Shown: positions 1-7,400 of the stretch, in pieces
How positions within the stretch are numbered: the stretch's first letter is position 1
Layout: each line of letters opens with the position of its first letter
NCBI GenBank assembly: GCA_046314355.1
Contig: JBKBWQ010000001.1
Span: forward strand, 480,001-544,000
From: Candidatus Altimarinota bacterium
Lineage (GTDB): Bacteria; Patescibacteriota; Gracilibacteria; 1-14-2-50-48-13
Direction: 5' to 3'
Length of the DNA: 64,000 bases
Notes under the pieces: model-generated
Databases searched by the model: none
The model's input: the letters and a program-made list of their open reading frames with translations, nothing else
What the model was told of the DNA's origin: nothing
Translations under genes and position numbers: made by a program

Positions 1-1407
1 AGATTTTGCACCGGATAATTCCACAGTCAATGGTGATGTACCTGCGATAGGGTCGGCCTCTATAAACGCCTTCGGAAGCTGCGTGTCGGTCGCATCTACT
101 TGGAAAATTTTAGTAGAAGTGGCGCCTTCTCCATTGATAGCCCGGACGGCAACCTTATATTTGCCGATTTGTTCAAAAGTACGGCTTTGTTTTGCTCCAG
201 CAGCTTCAAAAGTGCCGTCATTATCCATATCCCATTCTAAGGAACGAATATCAACTCCATTGAGTGTATTCGATGCATCAAAGTCCACTTTAAATGGTAC
301 TGGACCAGAGAGAATATCTGGAGTAGTTACGATCTTTAAGGTTGGTCTTATTTTTGTAAAAGTTAATGAGACTCCTCCATTTTCAGAACCTGGGCCATAG
401 GTTTCTTCAAGAATTTCTCCTGCTTTTCTACCTTGGTACGGCTGCATGAATTCAATAGTTGCCTGCATTTTTACATTATATAAACCTCCATTAAATCCTT
501 TATTGGTATAAGTATAATTTACTGTACGGCCAGTTCCTTCTGCTCCAGTATATTTACCATCCCCATCGAGATCCCATTGATATTTTTTTATACGGAAAAA
601 ATCAGTCTCTGATGGGAGTACCTGATCTGACACAGTAAACTGTACTTCCATTGGTGCTTCTAGATCTATAGTAGAGAGTAATGGTTCAAACTCTCCCGTC
701 GCTTCATTCTTATATGCTAGAATAATAGGAGTATTCTCTGCCTGTGTGATTGCTCTAGGAGCACGTATTGTTGAAAGAATAGCAACCCATGCAATGATAG
801 AAAATATGACTACTACAAAGGATATGATCATTGCCCAGAAAGCGGTACGCTTCGTATGTTTTTCATCCTTCTTTGCTAAAAGCAGTCGAAATAGACTTAT
901 AATAGCAATAATAAGGAAAATACCCGTAAAGAGCCCAAAGGATGTACTTACTAAAGTACTTAATATTCGAGGCATATCCTGCGTCGAAAGACCAAAACTG
1001 CTGAATATACTACTATTTGTGTTATACCCGAGAATCAATACTCCAACGAATAGGACAAAAAGAAAGGCAAAAAATCCAAAACATCCAGCAACTGCCCAAG
1101 GTCCACTGACCTTTCTTCCTTTGGCAACTGCAGTGTTTGCGATTTTTGTACCTGCAACTGGAGCAGCAGCAGGAGATGCAGCAGGAACAGTACCTGCTGC
1201 ATTAGTTTTTGGAACAACTCCGGGTGCGACAGGCGCAGGTTGCAGAAAAGAAGGAACATATACTGGCTGCTGCGGTTCTGGAATTGGAGCAGATACAGGA
1301 GCTTCAGCAGGCACCTCAGGATTTTGAGTAGGTGCTGCATCAGTATTTGGAACTGGATTTTCAGAAGGAAGAGTGTTTTTAGGCTGCTCTGGAATTTGAT
1401 CTGCCAT
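1..1407 (-). CDS. Membrane-anchored PKD-repeat protein (3' end runs off the window; absent from the ORF track)
   Basis: Manual translation from the ATG at 1407 is open to base 1. It reads MADQIPEQPKNTLPSENPVPN (Pro/Ala-rich), then three hydrophobic segments (WAVAGCFGFFAFLFVLFVGVLIL; FGLFTGIFLIIAIISLF; FWAMIISFVVVIFSIIAWVAIL), then PKD-like units (YQWDLDGDG, GPVPFKVDFDAS, LEWDMDNDGTFE, FEQIGKYKVAV, GTSPLTVELSG). It starts 15 nt after the stop of the 2865-aa gene. Confidence 0.85.
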   Translation of the reverse strand, partial: MADQIPEQPKNTLPSENPVPNTDAAPTQNPEVPAEAPVSAPIPEPQQPVYVPSFLQPAPVAPGVVPKTNAAGTVPAASPAAAPVAGTKIANTAVAKGRKVSGPWAVAGCFGFFAFLFVLFVGVLILGYNTNSSIFSSFGLSTQDMPRILSTLVSTSFGLFTGIFLIIAIISLFRLLLAKKDEKHTKRTAFWAMIISFVVVIFSIIAWVAILSTIRAPRAITQAENTPIILAYKNEATGEFEPLLSTIDLEAPMEVQFTVSDQVLPSETDFFRIKKYQWDLDGDGKYTGAEGTGRTVNYTYTNKGFNGGLYNVKMQATIEFMQPYQGRKAGEILEETYGPGSENGGVSLTFTKIRPTLKIVTTPDILSGPVPFKVDFDASNTLNGVDIRSLEWDMDNDGTFEAAGAKQSRTFEQIGKYKVAVRAINGEGATSTKIFQVDATDTQLPKAFIEADPIAGTSPLTVELSGAKS

Positions 1408-1422
1408 AATTAGGAAAAGATA

Positions 1423-4400
1423 TTAGGTGTTTCTAGGAGGTTCTGGTTTTCTAGGTGCAGGCGGCTGCTGCTGACCAGAAGGCGGTAGAGGTTTTTTAGG
1501 CATCCCTGTACCAGTATTTGGTCTTTGTCCACGAGATTGTACCTGTTGCTGAGCAGTCTGTAAATTGCGCGGTATGTAAGGGCGTTGTGCATTAGCTCTT
1601 TGTTGAGGTAATACTCCTGGCGCAGTCTTCTTTACAGGCGGTTCCTGAGTTACCTTCTCAGTATTTTCCGCTGGCGGTTTTGCTAGATCAGCACCCGGTT
1701 CAAATGGAAGTATATTTACTTCTGCAAATGGATCAAAAACAGGAGTTTCCTCTGCATTTTCTGCATCTACTTTTTTGTCCTGTTCATCCTGGAGAGCTTC
1801 CATACCCTCGTTAAAGGATTCCTCTGAATCATTATTATTTGTCGCAGGATGATCTGGACTCAATTCAGGTGCAAGCTCAGGACTTTGCGGAACAGTGAGT
1901 GGGGTAAGATCTGACGGTGATACAGCAAATGGATCAAATAATGGAGCGGTCTCAGAGGAAGGTTCAGCATCAGTAAAAGTCTGACTTGGCGCTTCTGTAG
2001 AGATAGCTGGCTCAACTGGAGCATCTTGGATCTGAGGTGTCATCTGCAGCCATGATGGTGCAGTACCATCAGCAGGAGGAATCACACCATCATCATGATG
2101 ACGATCCTCATTCTGCTCTACTACCGCAGGCTTTTCTTCAACTACTTCCGCCTCAACTGGAGCAGAGACTGGAGCCTCCTCATGAGCTTCTGCATTTTTT
2201 GGAAGTCTTGGGAGAGCTTCTTCCGCATTTTCATTAAATAACTGCTCTTCACCATCTTTTTTTCTAAATCGTGCAAAGAACTTCTTTACCGCTTCTCTAA
2301 TATTGAGAATATACTCCTCAAAGTCCACATGCTCATCAGGATGTCTACCTTTATATATAAGGAAAGAAACATAGAACCCAACTCCCAACAGTAAGATGAG
2401 AATAATGATACCCAGAAGGACTTTTCCAATAGTAAGTAATACAGAGACAAAGCCGGATGGTTCACCCGTAGCTGGAGCTGGCAATTCTTCAAGAGGTGCC
2501 TGATTTTGGTTTGCATTTGAATTTTCTGGATTTATCTTTGCTGCCACATACGTATAGAAATCTCTAGTAACACCAGTATCTAATATTATTGGTGTCTTCT
2601 CAGGCTCATTGAGTTCACTACTCTTCTGGATCATGTCCTGCAGTTTAGCAGATGCTCCTTGAGCAGCTAAGAAATCTTTTTCTGAAGACGCTTTCAGAAG
2701 AGTATCAAAGGAAGCCTTTGCCGGTTCATAAATCTTTCTACCCTGAAGAATATCGAGCTCACGAGAGAGTTTATCTAAAGTGATCTCAGGTTTCACCGAA
2801 CCATAATCAATAGAAACATCTGTACGTCCAAGACCAATAAGCATTTCCTGTACTTTCTTTTGAGGCTCTGCATCGAGCTTAGACTCTGTCACAAGACGGG
2901 ATGTGAAAGATACTGCAGCATCTACCCGGTCAGGTTTTTTGCCATAAAAGTTCTTTATTTGGAGAAGCATTTCACGGATAACACTTCGTTCTGTCGTAGC
3001 AAGTGGTCGTGTAGCAGCTAAGATATCTTTAAGGATCTGATCTAGTTCTCTTGGTGCTGCACCATGTGTATTCTGGATTGTCAGATCGTTTTCCTGAATA
3101 ATCTTTATCTCATCTCCAACGACTGGGATAGCATACAGTTTAGATAAAAGTGATGCTCTATTCTCTTGCGAAAGAGATGGATGCTCAAGCAGAGAAAGAA
3201 GAAGACGTATATTTTTCAGTCGTTTCTCCATACTAAGTGTCTTATCTGTAACTAGTCTTTCAAGCAGAATATTTAATGCTTTCTTAAGTTCAGGATCAGT
3301 TACAACTGTATCAATAGAAGCCATCAGTGCTTCCTTCGCCCGCTGCATCTCACTAAAGAGATCGTCAGATGCTACAGGCTTGAGATCAGGGTTATTCTTC
3401 AGCTCTTCCTGACACATTCTCTGAAGTACATTATTCTGTCCTCGTACGTAGACTGGAGTACATTCCCGAAGTGCTTTAAAGTAATCCTGGAATGTTGGGT
3501 CATTTTCTAATGCCGTGATCATTTCCAGTTTCACACTTACTGGAAGTTTTTCTGAAGCCAAAATAGTCTTTTTGAGATTATCTAGTTCATGCGCTGCTTC
3601 AGAGACAGTCATTTTACCATTTTTAATACGGTCTATTGTATCATTGATAATCTTTTTCTCCGCAGCATAAGATGCCGCATTAGAAGTCTTTGTTACGCGG
3701 TCGATATCACTATGAGTTGTACGTGAGAAAGCCTCCACATATCCTCCTAGCTTTGCTTTTAAGTTAGTATATCTCGCATCTTGTTTACTGATGACTGTAT
3801 AAAGCTCATTTAATGCTTTTAGTGAGTTACCGGCAGGATCAGAACTCGTCGCAGCTTCTGATAAAGCTTTTTTATACTTATCAAGATATGGTTTAAATAT
3901 TGCGCCACCTTCAGCATCAAAGATAGCTTCAAGAGTTCCCACTGAGCCGTTAAGGGTAGAGACAATTTTTGCATCTACTTCCCGGGATTTATCCGCAAGT
4001 TCAGGAATAGTCGAAAGCCCCTTTCTCGCATCAGATACTTGAGAAAGCATAGTGATACTAGGAAATACCTGCTGTCTTTTCTGATCAATTTCTGTGACTA
4101 ATGATGCTCTACGTGAGAGATCTTCTGCGGAAGTAATAGGAATCGCATTTACTATTCCACGGGCATTTTTCAGTGCTGTATCTGCTTGTATGCTTAGGCT
4201 TGCAATCAGCTTCTCATAAAGTACAGGATCATTCGTAAGTCTCTTATCGTTGATCCATACTGAAAGCTGTTTCTCAAGCTGTGGAAGAAGTACGCTACTG
4301 TCTTTTGCAGCAAGAAGAGCATCGATTTCCTTATAATACGTATCCTTCTCAGAGGAACTAAGGGTGGTACTAGATTCTATACTTCTCTTCATTTCCTGCA

Positions 4401-7400
4401 GCCATCCGTTTAGTCCGGAGACGATAGTAGTATCCACTTTTGTTTTTTCAGCAGGAGGTATCCATGAAGCATTTGTTATAGAGTTCTTTAGGTCTTTTAA
4501 TGCTTTAAGTGTATTAGTAAGACCAGAATTTGTATTCAGATCATTCTCAAGATTCTTTGCAATAAGACCTCCCTGCCCTGCAACTTGCTTGAAGGTAGTA
4601 GATATCCGCTCCGATGCCTTATCTGAAATCTGGCTAATACTATTATTCACTTCCTTTGTAATCAGAGTTTTGACATCTGTCCCAATATTCTGCTGATTCA
4701 TGAGGCTCAATATAGCATCTTGGATCTTCTTTGCACGGGTTACAGGATCATCATTCTGATAACTTGACTGAAGTATATTTATTCGATCAAGAAGATCCTT
4801 TCTCTCAGCTTCAGAGAGAGTAGTAGTATTTCTAATGATTTCACTCACCTTTGTAACGAGAGTTTTCGTACTTGAATCAACATCGCTCTTTATCTGCTGC
4901 TTTGTAGAGTCAGGTATAAGTGTAGAGTTCATGATATCTTTGAGGATCTGCTCCATTTTAGTACTCTTCACATCCACACTTACAGTACTATTTTTTAGAC
5001 CCGCAAGTTCATTGAAGTATTTTGAGAGCAAAGTATTTCCAGTCTTTTCCGCATCTGTAAGAGCATTTACAAGACCAGCCTTGAGATTATCTACAGCATC
5101 TACTACCATTTTATTTTCAAGAGTTCTATCCACAGGAGCTACAGCCACAAAAGAGGCAATTTTGAGTAGCTGTGCCTTGTCTTCAGCACTTAATCCAGAG
5201 GTATTTATTTTTTTAAGAATTTGCTCAAAGGTATCAAGCCGTGCATCCGGACTTGTTTGAGAGTTTAGTGCTTCAAAAAGAGCCTTGAACTGATCATTAT
5301 AAAGGTTTTCATCTTTTCGTTTAAGATACTCTGCAATCACAGATGCATCACTTGAGTAAAGATTATAATCGTTACATGCAAGACGTGCCTCTCCATTCGC
5401 ATTCAGAACGAGTACAGTATTTGTACAACCTACAAGAGACGTTGGACCAACAATCTTATACCCAGAAACGTTCGCAGGTACTACTGGTGCACTTGGATTT
5501 GTAGCACTTGATGTCGTAATGTTCTGAATAAGTTTCTTGATCTCTTCGATATCTTTTGCTGTAGGAGCAGCAGGTTTGACAGAACCATCCTGATTTGAGT
5601 ATGCAGGCTGTGAGGTATTGATATTAGGATTTGTGGTTGGCACAGTGGTACCGCCAGGCAAGGTATGCACTGGAGGAACATCAGGAAGATCATCATCGTC
5701 AGTGGTAGTTCCATTCCCATTTGAGTTATTTATCTGAGCAACTATTGTATTCGTGTTTGGGTTAGCAGTAGTACCAGGAAGATATCCATTTGAAGGAGTT
5801 ACTACACCATTCTGATTTGTATTAAATGGTGTATACGGTAAAGCAGTATTCGTATTCCCGCCTCCTCCAACAATTGGAGTCGTCTGAGTATTTGAATTTC
5901 CATTACCAATAGTATTTGGATTAGTTCCATTATTGCTGTTCCCATTGCTAGTGTTCGGATTATTCGCAATCGTATTGGTATTACTATTCGTATAGTTATC
6001 TACCACCGCCTGCTCTGCTGGAGTAAGATCTGCAGGTACTTTTTTCACCTGGAATACGACATTATCCGTAGCGGTCTTTCCTTTATCATCGATACTTACT
6101 GACACTGCATATACACCGCATGTTGCAAAAGTATATGGTAAATTCAAGCCACTGTTCGTAATCGTTTTTGGAAGTTCACCTTGAGTATCAGAACATCCTC
6201 CAACCACAACTGAAGTTTTCTCAATCTTCCAAACATATTTTGCATCAGGTGATACAGGATCTCCTGTCATCAAAATAGCCTGAGCACTTAGATTTACGGG
6301 AGATGAGACAAGCCATGGGATAGTTTTTCCGCCATCTGGACCTCTAGGGCTAGATATTCTAATACTTGGCTCAGGTACCTGAGGAGTTTGGATAAAAAAA
6401 GCTTCAGAATAAAGAGTATATGACTTCTGGTTATCCGTAACAGCAGCATTTTCAAGATCTCCATCAAACACTTGGGCCCCTATCTGATACATAAATTTTG
6501 CTCCAGATGAACCATAAGGCATGATCGTAATATTTCTGCTTGCCACTTCCTGACTAATCTCACTCTGCATTTCCTTACCCTGTACTAGATAGAACCATCG
6601 GATTCTAGGTAAACCTGCCCGGTCAGGGTCTGCAAGATTTGTAAGTGTTGCTTTTACAGTTACAGGAGATGTAAGTGTTCCAAAGGGCTTTTCTACCATA
6701 AAAGAACTGTATGTAGGGAAAGTATTTTGTACTCTCACATACTTTGTAAGAGTGCTTGCTACGCCATTGTCTACTACTGTAAGTTTGATTTGCTGACATG
6801 ATTCTGCCAAAAGACTTAGGCTTTTAAATTGAATAACTTGTCTTTCCTGATTGCTGAAATTCGTATCTCCATCGATATTCCATGTAAAAGTATTATTACC
6901 ATCCACAGGCAGACCGTTATTTTTTACGGAATAGCTGCCGTCTAGTATATAATCCTGATTCTTTCTTACAAGATATCCCTCCATGTAGTCTCCTCCAACT
7001 TTACAAAGATTTGATATAGGTCTGAGAGAAATATTCCCAGAACTCTTTACTGCACTAATATCAAAGGCAGCAGCAGGATGTGAGTCATCTTTTATATATA
7101 CACTCTTACTTACTTTCGTCGGAATAGTTTTTCCTGTCTCATAGACAAAGAAATCTAGAATAAAATATCCTGACTGATTAAATTTAAATTCCTTTTGAAA
7201 TACCTGCAGACCTTCTGACATTGCAGGACCATCCATATTCGGGATTGACTGATTTACTCCACGAATAGAAATTCCTACTTTTTCCATAAATCTTCCTTTT
7301 ACCTGAGCGGTAAATATCTGACCTGCCTGGAAGATAATACCTGCATTGTCTGGGATCTGTTCCTTTTGTGCACCAAGGAAACTTACATCATATCCAAGCA

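Noticed and set aside
83-1340. ORFs 83-400, 746-1327 and 1035-1340 in the track
   Set aside because: They are shadows of the real minus-strand PKD gene at 1-1407.
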